Position numbers and translations under genes: made by a program. The notes below the pieces were generated by a model. That model saw nothing but the letters and a program-made list of their open reading frames with translations, searched no databases and was not told the DNA's origin. Positions 8,460 through 17,809 of a stretch of DNA of 64,000 nt are shown here, in pieces (position 1 is the stretch's first letter; each line of letters opens with the position of its first letter). Source of the stretch: Desulfatiglandales bacterium (GTDB lineage: Bacteria; Desulfobacterota; DSM-4660; Desulfatiglandales; Desulfatiglandaceae); NCBI GenBank assembly GCA_963662465.1, contig OY759599.1, positions 192,001 through 256,000 on the forward strand, given 5' to 3'.

Positions 8460-8541
8460 AGCGTTTTGAAACAAACACAGCGTCTATCGAGAATCGCGGT
8501 AATTTGCGGGATGTCTTGGCGGCATTCCCGCGGTTACCAAC

Positions 8542-9207
8542 TTAAATGCCGACTTCGGTTTTGAACCGGTCAATACCCATGTCTTCGATCACTTTGGTAA
8601 GCCGCTGTTTTTTGGGAAAGTCCTTATACCAGTTCATGATTTTATCAATGGCGGCCAATGCTTCATCATCTGATAATTCCTCCGCCACGGGTTGCGCAAG
8701 GGCCGGCTTGGATGCGGCGTTGCCGCCCACCACCAGTTTCCATCCTTTTTTGGCGCCAATGAGGCCCAAATCCTTTATGTAGGACTCGGCACAACAATTC
8801 TGGCAGCCGGAAACGCCCATTTTAAATTTGCTCGGCAACTGCATCCCGCAATAGAGTTCGTCCAGTTTGATGCCCATGGTTACGGCGTCCTGAAGCCCCA
8901 GTTTGCAGAAAGTCGTTCCCGGGCAGAGTTTTACGCTGCGAACACATAACCCCACCGGGTTTGCGGATTGCATGCCCAATTCTTCCCAAATGGCGTCAAT
9001 GTCTTCTTCTTTGATGCCCACAAGAGCAATTCTGGCGGCGCTGGTGAGTTTGACGGCTGCCAGTGCATATTTTTCAGAGATGTCCGCGATTTTTCGCAGA
9101 ACTTCCGGCGTACAAAGGCCGCCCTTGATGTCCGGTACGATGGCGTAGGTTTCGCCATCTCTTTGAATCAGTGCGCCTTTTTCAAGAATGCTTTTTTTGT
9201 TTCCCAA
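8542..9207 (-). CDS. low-molecular-weight siroheme/[4Fe-4S] sulfite/nitrite reductase (assimilatory-type Sir-like)
   Basis: GALIQRDGETYAIVP; CPGTTFC and KFKMGVSGCQNCC ligand motifs; AGGAG RBS before TTG. Confidence 0.8.
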   Translation of the reverse strand: MGNKKSILEKGALIQRDGETYAIVPDIKGGLCTPEVLRKIADISEKYALAAVKLTSAARIALVGIKEEDIDAIWEELGMQSANPVGLCVRSVKLCPGTTFCKLGLQDAVTMGIKLDELYCGMQLPSKFKMGVSGCQNCCAESYIKDLGLIGAKKGWKLVVGGNAASKPALAQPVAEELSDDEALAAIDKIMNWYKDFPKKQRLTKVIEDMGIDRFKTEVGI

Positions 9208-9232
9208 TTTTTTTCTCCTTTCTTATTTGTTT

Positions 9233-10693
9233 TTACAGGAGTGGCCCCACAAGTTGAGCCGCGTTTTCCATAAATCGCTGAACCATCGAACGTTTTCGCC
9301 ATTGTTCCAGATCAAGCCGGGTGGAATTAGAGATATACTTCATCTGCATGTCCCGCACCTGTTCCGTAAACGCCAGGTCATATATAAAAAGAGAGACTTC
9401 AAAGTTAAGCCAGAGGCTGCGCATGTCAAGATTGACCGTGCCGAACACGCAGATCTCATCGTCCACCGTAATGGATTTGGTATGCAGCAATCCTCCGTTA
9501 AATGCCGCGATGGTGACCCCCGCACGCATGAGGTCGTCAAAAAGAGAGCGACTGGCGTAATGGACCAACCTTGAGTCCACTTCCGCGGGTACCACGATGG
9601 TGACGTCCACGTGGCGATGGGCTGCGGAAATAATGGCGGTCAGGAGTGCATCATCGGGTACGAAATAGGGTGTTGTCAGCACCAGTTTTTTTCGGGCGCC
9701 GTAGATGGTGGTCAGTAGGAGCTGATGAATGATTTCCGGTCTGATGGCAGGTCCCGAAGGGACCACCTGAACCGGCGTGGCGCCTTTTTTGGCGAGGGAG
9801 CGAATGTCGCTTGTTTCTTCAAGGGCTTTCAGGCCTTCACCCGTATCCAGTTCCCAATCCTCGATAAAGGTTCCGGCAAGGGCCTCCACGCTGGGGCCTT
9901 CCATGCGAACCATGGCGTCGATCCATTGACCCACGCCCTCGTTCTGCTTGAAAAATCGTGGGTCCACCAGATTCTGACTTCCCGTATAGGCAATTTCTCC
10001 ATCGATCACAACGATTTTTCGATGATTGCGTAGATCCGCCCTGGTCATCAGCAGACGCAGGGGACCGACCGGAAGGGATGCCACAACCTGAATGTCTGCA
10101 TCCCGAAGCTGTTGGGCCAGTTCGCTCCTGAGAAAGTCTTTGCTGCCGACGGCATCCACCAGCACCCGACAGATTACGCCTCGCCCTGCAGCCCGAATCA
10201 ACGATTTTGCCACGTCGTCGGCTTTTCCGCCCACGGTCCAGATATAAAATTCCAGGTGACAGGTGCTTTTTGCCTGGTCCACATCTTTAATGATGGCGGC
10301 GAAAACCGACTCAAAATGGTCCATGAGATGCATTTTGTTGCCGCTCATGGTCGGAAACCCCGCCACGGTTTCGGCGTGAAGCTGGATGGCTTTCATTTCG
10401 TTGTGCCCCGCGGGCGGCTTCTCCCGAGAAGCCCGCTTTTGAAGCGTTATCTGCCAGACTCGGTATAAATCATGGATTTTTGCCGCACGGGCGAGATATT
10501 TCTCGCCGATGCGGTTTTCGCCAATAAAAAAATAGAAAAGAGCGCCCGCAAAAGGGATGCTGAAAATGACCGTGAGCCATGCCAGGGATACCCCCACGGG
10601 TCGCCGTCGCATGATGACGCGGATGGAAAGCCCGATGACAATCAGCCAGTGGGCTGTAAAAAACAAGGTGGTGGTTAGGGTGAAATCATTCAT
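9233..10693 (-). CDS. cls: cardiolipin synthase
   Basis: Two N-terminal TM helices and two HKD motifs (HRKIVVID, HTKSITVD). Confidence 0.93.
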   Translation of the reverse strand: MNDFTLTTTLFFTAHWLIVIGLSIRVIMRRRPVGVSLAWLTVIFSIPFAGALFYFFIGENRIGEKYLARAAKIHDLYRVWQITLQKRASREKPPAGHNEMKAIQLHAETVAGFPTMSGNKMHLMDHFESVFAAIIKDVDQAKSTCHLEFYIWTVGGKADDVAKSLIRAAGRGVICRVLVDAVGSKDFLRSELAQQLRDADIQVVASLPVGPLRLLMTRADLRNHRKIVVIDGEIAYTGSQNLVDPRFFKQNEGVGQWIDAMVRMEGPSVEALAGTFIEDWELDTGEGLKALEETSDIRSLAKKGATPVQVVPSGPAIRPEIIHQLLLTTIYGARKKLVLTTPYFVPDDALLTAIISAAHRHVDVTIVVPAEVDSRLVHYASRSLFDDLMRAGVTIAAFNGGLLHTKSITVDDEICVFGTVNLDMRSLWLNFEVSLFIYDLAFTEQVRDMQMKYISNSTRLDLEQWRKRSMVQRFMENAAQLVGPLL

Positions 10694-12756
10694 GATATGG
10701 GTTTATCCAGTTCTGTTCTGACTGCAAAGCCTATCTTTTCCATGGCGTAGGGCTTTTTCACGTATTCCCCCGCGCCCAGGCGCTGGGCCTCTTTTACCCT
10801 CCATGTTTCTGAAAATCCGCTCGCAATAATGGCTTTTTGCTCCGGTTTCCATTTGATGATTTCCCGGAAGGTCTCCAGCCCATCCATGCCTCCCATAATC
10901 ATATCGAGTACCAGCAGATCAACGGAATTTTTCTTGATGTATTCAATCGCATCCTCTCCGCACGAAACGGTCTCAACCCGGTACCCGAGGTTTGACAAAA
11001 TAGCAGCGGCAATCATCCGCTGCTCTTCCAGATCATCCACAACGAGAACGGATTCACCATGCCCCCTGTAGTCGTCAATGGCAACCGTTGACTTTCCATG
11101 GGGTAAATCTCCCCTGTTTGCGGGAAAATACAAGGTGAAAACACTCCCTTTTCCTTCGAGGCTCTGAACATCGATATATCCGCCATGGTCTTTGACGGTT
11201 CCCCAGACCACCGCCATCCCCAGGCCGGTTCCGCTTCTCCCCATGACTTTCTTGGTATAAAAGGGCTCAAATATTTGTTTTATATCCTGGGGAGAAATGC
11301 CGACGCCTGAATCGGCTACGGTGAGGACCACATAGTCGCCTTCTTTCACTTTATCGAAGCCTTTCACGGGTCGGTCAACATGTCGGTTTTCCGTTGAAAT
11401 ACGGACCTTCCCACCGTCGGGCATGGCCTCCACCGCATTGGAAATCAAGTTCATGACCGTCTTGGAAAGATGAACCGGCGAACCCATGAGATAAAGGAGA
11501 TCGTTCGCGAGGAGAACCTCAATTTCAACGCTGGGATGAAATGAAAGAAGCCGTTGGTATTCCGGACTTCGCAAATGCTCGGTAACGATAGGGTTCAAAT
11601 CAACCACTTCTCTCGGCGCGGCGCCTCTTCTGGCCAGGGTGAGAAGATCCTGCACAATGGCGGCGGCTCTTTCTCCGGATTTTCGGATGGTGGAGATCGG
11701 TTTTCGCAAAGGGCTGTCCTCCGGTAAATCCAGTAACAGGATTTCCGGATAGGTCACGATTCCCGAAAGGATATTGTTCAAGTCATGGGCGACGCCCCCG
11801 GCAAGTGTGCCGATGGCTTCCATTTTTTCAGACCGCTGAAGTCTGGCTTCAAGTTCACGTTTCTCCATATCGGCCAGTTTCCTTTCGGTGATATCCTTCA
11901 CCGTTCCGATGCTCGCAATCTTATCTTTATAAGTGATGGTATCGATGTTGATATTCAGATAAACACGGGTTTTGCCATCCTTGTGAAGCATTCGGAATTC
12001 GTATTCCTTTTCCACTTTTTCTCCGGCCTGTCGCCGGCTGTTACGCTCTGCCAGGATGTTCCGGTCTTCCGGCGCCACAAGCTTTTGAAATTCCATCCCG
12101 ATGATTTCCGCCAATGGGTGCCCGGACATCTTGGCCAGGGCATCATTTGCAAACAAAAATTTGTTGTCTTGAATAATAAAGACACCATCCTGGATATTTT
12201 CAATGAGGGTGCGGTATTTTTCCTCGGACTGTTTTATGGCCTCCTGTGTTTTGGCGCGTTCTTTGATTTCCTCATGAACACTTTTGATCATCTGATTGGT
12301 CACATGCTTGAGAGATTCCAGGAGTTCCACAGTGGAGTCTCCTCGAACCCGTGCCGTCAGGTCACCCCTTGTGAGACGGTGCATTACATCGAAATGCTCG
12401 GCCAGTCCCATGGCAAACTCGTGGGACAGGTCCACCATCTCTCCCAGATTCTCGGCGGTTTTGTTGACAAGTTGCTTCAACTTGGAAATCAGTTCAAGAC
12501 TGGAATTTTCAGAGATCCTGACCATGGGATCTCCGGAAGAAATCTTCTTCAAAGCTTCGAAAACTTCTGAAAGCCCCAACGCCATTTCCATGCTGATGGT
12601 TTCCAGTTCTCGATCCCTTTTTTCAAGTGTCTTCTTTGCTTCTAAAAACTGCTCGGAAACGGTTTTGTAAGATGGTTCCATGGCTGCGAAATCCATATTT
12701 TCAGGGTTGCTTGTGACAATGCACTGCCGGCTTTCCAAGCAAAATTCCCAGTTCAT
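10690..12756 (-). CDS. cytoplasmic hybrid histidine kinase (tandem HAMP-like, PAS, HisKA, HATPase, REC)
   Basis: GGVAHDLNNIL, GRSGTGLG, C-terminal REC (LDMIM); no TM segment; ATGA overlaps with tusA upstream and cls downstream. Confidence 0.9.
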   Translation of the reverse strand: MNWEFCLESRQCIVTSNPENMDFAAMEPSYKTVSEQFLEAKKTLEKRDRELETISMEMALGLSEVFEALKKISSGDPMVRISENSSLELISKLKQLVNKTAENLGEMVDLSHEFAMGLAEHFDVMHRLTRGDLTARVRGDSTVELLESLKHVTNQMIKSVHEEIKERAKTQEAIKQSEEKYRTLIENIQDGVFIIQDNKFLFANDALAKMSGHPLAEIIGMEFQKLVAPEDRNILAERNSRRQAGEKVEKEYEFRMLHKDGKTRVYLNINIDTITYKDKIASIGTVKDITERKLADMEKRELEARLQRSEKMEAIGTLAGGVAHDLNNILSGIVTYPEILLLDLPEDSPLRKPISTIRKSGERAAAIVQDLLTLARRGAAPREVVDLNPIVTEHLRSPEYQRLLSFHPSVEIEVLLANDLLYLMGSPVHLSKTVMNLISNAVEAMPDGGKVRISTENRHVDRPVKGFDKVKEGDYVVLTVADSGVGISPQDIKQIFEPFYTKKVMGRSGTGLGMAVVWGTVKDHGGYIDVQSLEGKGSVFTLYFPANRGDLPHGKSTVAIDDYRGHGESVLVVDDLEEQRMIAAAILSNLGYRVETVSCGEDAIEYIKKNSVDLLVLDMIMGGMDGLETFREIIKWKPEQKAIIASGFSETWRVKEAQRLGAGEYVKKPYAMEKIGFAVRTELDKPIS

Positions 12757-12980
12757 TCGAACCGGATCTGTATCCTTTTCTTGCCGCCCCCCTCATCCCT
12801 GATGGAAAGGAACGTTTTCCCCAACCGTTCACACCATACACGCACATCCCTTTCAAAGGTCGGGCAGTCTCCCAATACCTCGAGGATATCGCCGGGGTTC
12901 ATGTCCGGGGCCTTTACCGCAATCTTAAGAACGGGCTGCGGGCATTTCATCCCCAGCATATCCAAAATTTCAATGGCCAT
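12753..12980 (-). CDS. tusA: TusA/SirA family sulfur carrier
   Basis: LDMLGMKCPQP motif; 75 aa. Confidence 0.88.
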   Translation of the reverse strand: MAIEILDMLGMKCPQPVLKIAVKAPDMNPGDILEVLGDCPTFERDVRVWCERLGKTFLSIRDEGGGKKRIQIRFE

Positions 12981-13002
12981 GTTATAATCTCCTTATAAAC
13001 AA

Positions 13003-14388
13003 TCAGTGGGTCGCACATGCCAGACACGGATCATAGGCCCGATAAGCCATCTCAATCCGGTTCAGAATCGCATCTGAAACGTTTCCTTCTTTGATGAATG
13101 CTCGGGCCGCTTTTAGAACGGACAGGTTTATGGCGCCTGCATTGTTCTGGGTGGCGACAATCAGATTCAGTCTCTTCAGGATGGCCGCTTCATCCGTTTC
13201 ATAGTGATGAATCAGGGTGCCTCTCGGGGCTTCGCAGATCCCCACCCCTTCATGAGGAAGCTGCTCCGGAATATTTCTGACGTTCGGATCGGTCAGTCGA
13301 TCATCTGAAGCAATTTCAGTCATCCGCTCCGCCGCAAATAAAACTTCAATCAGCCGCGCCCAGTGATACAGAAGGGTATTGTGAGCGGGTTTTCCCCCAC
13401 ATGCCGCAAACATCCGGTCATAGGCCTGTTGTGCCAAAGGCGTTGCCATGCCGTCTGATGCGTTCAACCTGGCAAGGGGACCCACTCTGTACAATCCGCT
13501 TTCCTCACCATCAGACAGGCCATGCCATCCGACGCTTTTCAGATAGAGGGTTTTCATATAACTCCAGGCATCCACTCGTTCTTCCAGATGCTTCACATAA
13601 TCTCCCGCACCAAATTTTTCAAACTCACCGCCTTGGGGATCGACAACCCGTATGTCGCCATCATAGAAACTCACGTGATTTTTCCGGTCAACCATGCCCA
13701 TGTAATAGGTTTGAAGGGAAAATATTTCCGAATGCATCAGCTCAACATATTCCCGGTCTGTCAGAACCTCTTCTTCAAAAATATTCAGGCACAATTGCGC
13801 AAACACCAGCGCATCCCTGGCAATTTCTTTTATCCCGGCTCGTTCTTCTTCGGATACCGGTTTTGACACGCCGCCTGGGAGCCCGCAAACCGGATAGAGC
13901 GGACTGCCACTGATCAGGGTGTTGAGCCCGCGAACACGCTTTCGAATCTCAATCACCTGTTTTCCGATTTTTTTCCCCAGTTTCCCAATCACCCCGAAAA
14001 TATTTTTCCCTAACCCCTCGTCATGAGACCCAATCAAAAGATCCGGTCCCCCGAGATAGAAAAAATGCAGGAGATGGTCTTCATAGATGAAGGCCGTGTG
14101 CATCAATTCCCTGATTTTTTTTGCCGCCGCCGTGGGTTCCACGTCAAAGAGAGCGTCCAGTGTCTTTACGGATGCGATATGATGTGCCGTGGGGCATACC
14201 CCGCAAATCTTCTGGGTCAGGGTGGGCATTTCCTCCGCGGCTCTGCCTTCGCAGAATTTCTCAAACCCCCTGAACTCCGGAACCTGGAAAAAAGCATGAT
14301 CAACCCGGCCCAGAGCGTCAAGGCGTATCTCGATATTTCCATGCCCTTCAATCCGGGTCACCGGATCTATGATGATTCTGCGGCTCAT
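13003..14388 (-). CDS. mvhA: [NiFe] hydrogenase large subunit, group 3c/MvhA-like, without C-terminal extension
   Basis: DPVTRIEGHG, KICGVCPTAH, VGPLAR, EAPRGTLIHHY, then DPCLACATH followed directly by the stop. Confidence 0.9.
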   Translation of the reverse strand: MSRRIIIDPVTRIEGHGNIEIRLDALGRVDHAFFQVPEFRGFEKFCEGRAAEEMPTLTQKICGVCPTAHHIASVKTLDALFDVEPTAAAKKIRELMHTAFIYEDHLLHFFYLGGPDLLIGSHDEGLGKNIFGVIGKLGKKIGKQVIEIRKRVRGLNTLISGSPLYPVCGLPGGVSKPVSEEERAGIKEIARDALVFAQLCLNIFEEEVLTDREYVELMHSEIFSLQTYYMGMVDRKNHVSFYDGDIRVVDPQGGEFEKFGAGDYVKHLEERVDAWSYMKTLYLKSVGWHGLSDGEESGLYRVGPLARLNASDGMATPLAQQAYDRMFAACGGKPAHNTLLYHWARLIEVLFAAERMTEIASDDRLTDPNVRNIPEQLPHEGVGICEAPRGTLIHHYETDEAAILKRLNLIVATQNNAGAINLSVLKAARAFIKEGNVSDAILNRIEMAYRAYDPCLACATH

Positions 14389-15359
14389 ATGTCAGTCCCT
14401 TTTATACTCCCCAGAATGGAGCGGGGCGCACTGTAGCGATAAAAAAGTCCCCCCGGATCAGGAATCGAAGCCGTAATCTCCCTGATTTCATTTTCCTGGT
14501 GGGCATCGATTATGGAAGCCAGAAAAGACACCATGGCGGCCCCATGATCTTCTGTGTTGTCAAGGGGGCCAAAACAGCCCCGACAGGGCATATTGGCCCG
14601 GATACAGCGGCTGCCGCATCCCCCCCTTGTTGCGGGTCCCAGACAGATCAACCCCTGGGGGAGAAAACATTTTTTGGGGTCCCATTCGGTTTCATGCACC
14701 CTTCTGAATCTTTTGACCCGTATGCGCTCAGGGTAGCTGTCCCGGCGGGGACAGGTATGACAAAGCGTCTTCCTGTCGCCGAATACGAAACCTTTTTCCG
14801 GAAGCTTTCCCTCAAGTACCGCTCCTATGGCTTCGCCCACGAGTTCAGGGGGCGGCGGACATCCTGGAATATAACCGTCTACGGCAATAACCTGGTCCAG
14901 GGTCATGACCTTGTCCAAAAGACCGGAAAGTTTCGGCGTTTTCCCTGAATCCGCCACCTGTTTCCCCGGTAGAATGGCCCCCGGGTTTTTGATGGTGGAA
15001 ACTTCCACAAAGGACCGCGTCAGAAGTTCTTGAACACTGTGAAAATTGCCTAGTCCCACAATGCCGCCCAGGTGAGCGCAGGTCCCATGGGCAAAAACGC
15101 GTTTGGATTTTCGACGGAGCAGTTTGGCCATATGAGCCTGCTCATGCGTTCTTATGGCGCCGTTAATCAAGGCTAGATCAATTTCACCATCCCCCAATGC
15201 TTCCACGTCCTTTCGTCTGCCGTCCATGGCCACGGGCCAGAAAACGACGTCTACGCGCATTGAGAGTTCCAGAAGATCTTCGGAAAGATCGATCACCGAT
15301 TCCTCGCATCCGCCGCAACCAGAACACCAGTAAAGGGCAATTTTCGGCTTATTAGACAT
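14385..15359 (-). CDS. mvhG: [NiFe] hydrogenase small subunit, MvhG-like
   Basis: WCSGCGGCE, GTCA, PGCPP, CHTCP, CLGPATRGGC and PCRGC motifs; no Tat signal. Confidence 0.9.
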   Translation of the reverse strand: MSNKPKIALYWCSGCGGCEESVIDLSEDLLELSMRVDVVFWPVAMDGRRKDVEALGDGEIDLALINGAIRTHEQAHMAKLLRRKSKRVFAHGTCAHLGGIVGLGNFHSVQELLTRSFVEVSTIKNPGAILPGKQVADSGKTPKLSGLLDKVMTLDQVIAVDGYIPGCPPPPELVGEAIGAVLEGKLPEKGFVFGDRKTLCHTCPRRDSYPERIRVKRFRRVHETEWDPKKCFLPQGLICLGPATRGGCGSRCIRANMPCRGCFGPLDNTEDHGAAMVSFLASIIDAHQENEIREITASIPDPGGLFYRYSAPRSILGSIKGTDI

Positions 15360-15792
15360 GGTTTAAGTGCCCCAGTTCTTTCAATATATTGACCATTTGC
15401 ACAACGATGCGGGCATATTTTTCTCCGTCGTTCGCTGAAACGGAATTGAAGGATATCCTTTCTTTTTCAATGCCGTAGTGTTGGAGGACCTGCTCTAACA
15501 ACGGGATGCGTTTCAATGCCTCAATATTGCCGCTCTTGTAATGGCAATCGCCCGGGGCGCAACCAAGAATCAGAACCCCGTCGGCGCCGAGCCTGAATGC
15601 TTCCAGAACGAATCGGGGATCAACCCGACCACTGCACATGACGCGGATTTCCCGCAGATTGCCGGAGGGAAATTCTTTCCGACTTCTTCCCGCGGCATCG
15701 GCGCCTTCGTAGGAACACCAGTTGCACAGAAAAACGACGACCTTCGGCTCAAAGCTTTGCATGGCGGATCCATTTTCGTCTTCATATTTCAC
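15352..15792 (-). CDS. mvhD: hydrogenase iron-sulfur subunit MvhD
   Basis: FLCNWCSY, VMCSGRVDP and GCAPGDCHY motifs. Confidence 0.92.
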   Translation of the reverse strand: MKYEDENGSAMQSFEPKVVVFLCNWCSYEGADAAGRSRKEFPSGNLREIRVMCSGRVDPRFVLEAFRLGADGVLILGCAPGDCHYKSGNIEALKRIPLLEQVLQHYGIEKERISFNSVSANDGEKYARIVVQMVNILKELGHLNHV

Positions 15793-15793
15793 G

Positions 15794-17749
15794 TTACGCC
15801 AGCAGACCCCTTAACTCCGAAAGGATGACGCCCGTGGAAAAATGTCTCCCATTTATGGCGCCGCTGGGACAGGCAGCGACACAAACGCCGCATCCCCTGC
15901 ACATGGCCTGGTTGATGGAAACCGTTGCCCCACCATCCTCCATGGCAATGGCTTTGAATGCACAGAGGCTGATGCAGAGCAGGCATCCTGAGCAGATTGC
16001 CGGATCAATTTCACAGGCCATGGGCTCCAGCGCCAGTGGTTTTCCCGGCTGCAGTTTTCCCATGATTTTGCCGGCGGCGGCATGCCCCTGGGCCACCGAA
16101 GAGGGAATATCTTTAGGTCCCTGTGCGCATCCTGCCATAAAGATACCTTCCCTGACGGTGGAAACAGGATCTAGTTCAGTATCGGCCTCCTCAAAAAATC
16201 CGTCTTCCCCAAGTTTTACATCCAGAATCCCGGCTATTTTCTCTGTTCCCTCATCACGCTCCATGGCCGTCGCCAGAACCACCATATCGAATTCCCGTTG
16301 TTTCAGTTTCCCCGAGACATCGGTATGGGTAACGTTGATCCGTTCGGCGCCTTTTCGGATTTCAATGGCGTCCGGTTGCAACATGCGAAAAAAATCAATG
16401 CCATCCTTTTCCAGAACCTTCCGGTAGAAACGCTGAGCATCTTTTCCGGGAAGACACAAATCGGCATGAAACTCGCTAATCCCGGCTTCCGGCAACTGCA
16501 TCCTGGCCTGGTGTGCATGCTTGAGGGTCACCAGACAGCAAACGCCGGAACAGTAGTCATTGAATTTTTCCGTCCTCGACCCCACACAATGGATAAAGGC
16601 GATGTTTCGGGGAGGTTGACCGTTTTCCAGCAGAATTTTCCCCTCCGTGGGACCGGCTGAATTAACCAGTTGCTCAAATTCAAGACCGGTTAAAATGTCT
16701 TCGGACTTTCCATACCCATACCGGTCGTCTTTTTTCGGGTCAAAGGGGACGAAACCCGTGGCAATCACAAGAGCCCCCACCTTTAATTCCCGGATGCCGG
16801 CGGCTTCCTCATAGTGAATCGCGCCAAAGGGACAGGATGCCAGGCATGCGATGCATGGCTCATCCTGAAACCGCAAACAGTTCTTCTCGTCTATCAGCGC
16901 TACGTTGGGAAGGGCGCCCGGATAGGGGATATAGATGGCTTTGGGAACGGCCATTCCCCTCGTGAATGGACCGGGCACGGAAACGGGACAGGCTTCGAAA
17001 CAGGCGCCGCAGCCGATACAGGCATCAAGGTCCACATGACGCGCCTTTTGCCGGATCGTCGCGACAAAATTTCCTAAATATCCCTTTACCTCAAGGAGTT
17101 CGGTCAATGTCAGTACTTCAATGTCATCATGATGCAATACGGCATCCAATTGGGATTCCATCAAACAGGATGCACACACCATGTTCGGATAGAGATCTTC
17201 ATGCCGAGCAACCCTGCCTCCGATACAGGGCTCTTTCTCCAGGAGATATACCTTCCGGTTCTTTTGTGCAATGGTCAGCGCCGCGCTGATCCCCGCAACA
17301 CCCGCGCCCACCACCAGGACATCCGCACAGCATGCGATGGTTTTCATCTCGATAGGCGCATGCAGGCTCACCCGTTTGATGGCCCCACGAATCAGTGCCG
17401 CGGCTTTTTGGGTAGCGTTACGCTTATCTGTTATTACCCAGGCGCACTGTTCCCGAATGTTGGCTATCTGCAGGAGAAAAGGATTGAGCCCTGCCGCTTT
17501 CAAGACCTCCCGAAAGGTGGCTTCATGTTCCTTAGGCGAACAGCCTGCGATGACAACCCGCGACAACTTGTGGGCTTGAATGTCTTCCTTCAGGAACTTT
17601 TTCCCATCCGGCGAACACAGAAAATCGAAAGATTTCGCCATCACCACATCTTCTTGCGCCCTTGCGGTTTCCAGCAACGCCGCAATGTCCACGGTATCTT
17701 TGATATTGGGACCGCATTCGCAAATATATATGCCGATTCTTTGAAACAT
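15794..17749 (-). CDS. hdrA: heterodisulfide reductase subunit A-like flavoprotein
   Basis: YICECGPNI, NIREQCAWV, GAGVAG, HCVGSR, YCSGVCC and GCAQGPKDIP motifs; inserted and C-terminal ferredoxin domains. Confidence 0.92.
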   Translation of the reverse strand: MFQRIGIYICECGPNIKDTVDIAALLETARAQEDVVMAKSFDFLCSPDGKKFLKEDIQAHKLSRVVIAGCSPKEHEATFREVLKAAGLNPFLLQIANIREQCAWVITDKRNATQKAAALIRGAIKRVSLHAPIEMKTIACCADVLVVGAGVAGISAALTIAQKNRKVYLLEKEPCIGGRVARHEDLYPNMVCASCLMESQLDAVLHHDDIEVLTLTELLEVKGYLGNFVATIRQKARHVDLDACIGCGACFEACPVSVPGPFTRGMAVPKAIYIPYPGALPNVALIDEKNCLRFQDEPCIACLASCPFGAIHYEEAAGIRELKVGALVIATGFVPFDPKKDDRYGYGKSEDILTGLEFEQLVNSAGPTEGKILLENGQPPRNIAFIHCVGSRTEKFNDYCSGVCCLVTLKHAHQARMQLPEAGISEFHADLCLPGKDAQRFYRKVLEKDGIDFFRMLQPDAIEIRKGAERINVTHTDVSGKLKQREFDMVVLATAMERDEGTEKIAGILDVKLGEDGFFEEADTELDPVSTVREGIFMAGCAQGPKDIPSSVAQGHAAAGKIMGKLQPGKPLALEPMACEIDPAICSGCLLCISLCAFKAIAMEDGGATVSINQAMCRGCGVCVAACPSGAINGRHFSTGVILSELRGLLA

Positions 17750-17809
17750 ATTGTAATTCCGATGCCCGAAGCCTGGTGGCATGCCAACGGTACACAAGCT
17801 GTTTCGGGG

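Noticed and set aside
8392..8478. Longer start for the beta-helix gene
   Set aside because: It runs through the REP-like hairpin, and the signal-peptide-like sequence begins after 8391.
13003..13005. TGA ending mvhA read as selenocysteine ([NiFeSe] enzyme or read-through tail)
   Set aside because: The TGA follows the terminal His, not a ligand position. Both L2 ligands are Cys codons, and read-through stops after five more residues.
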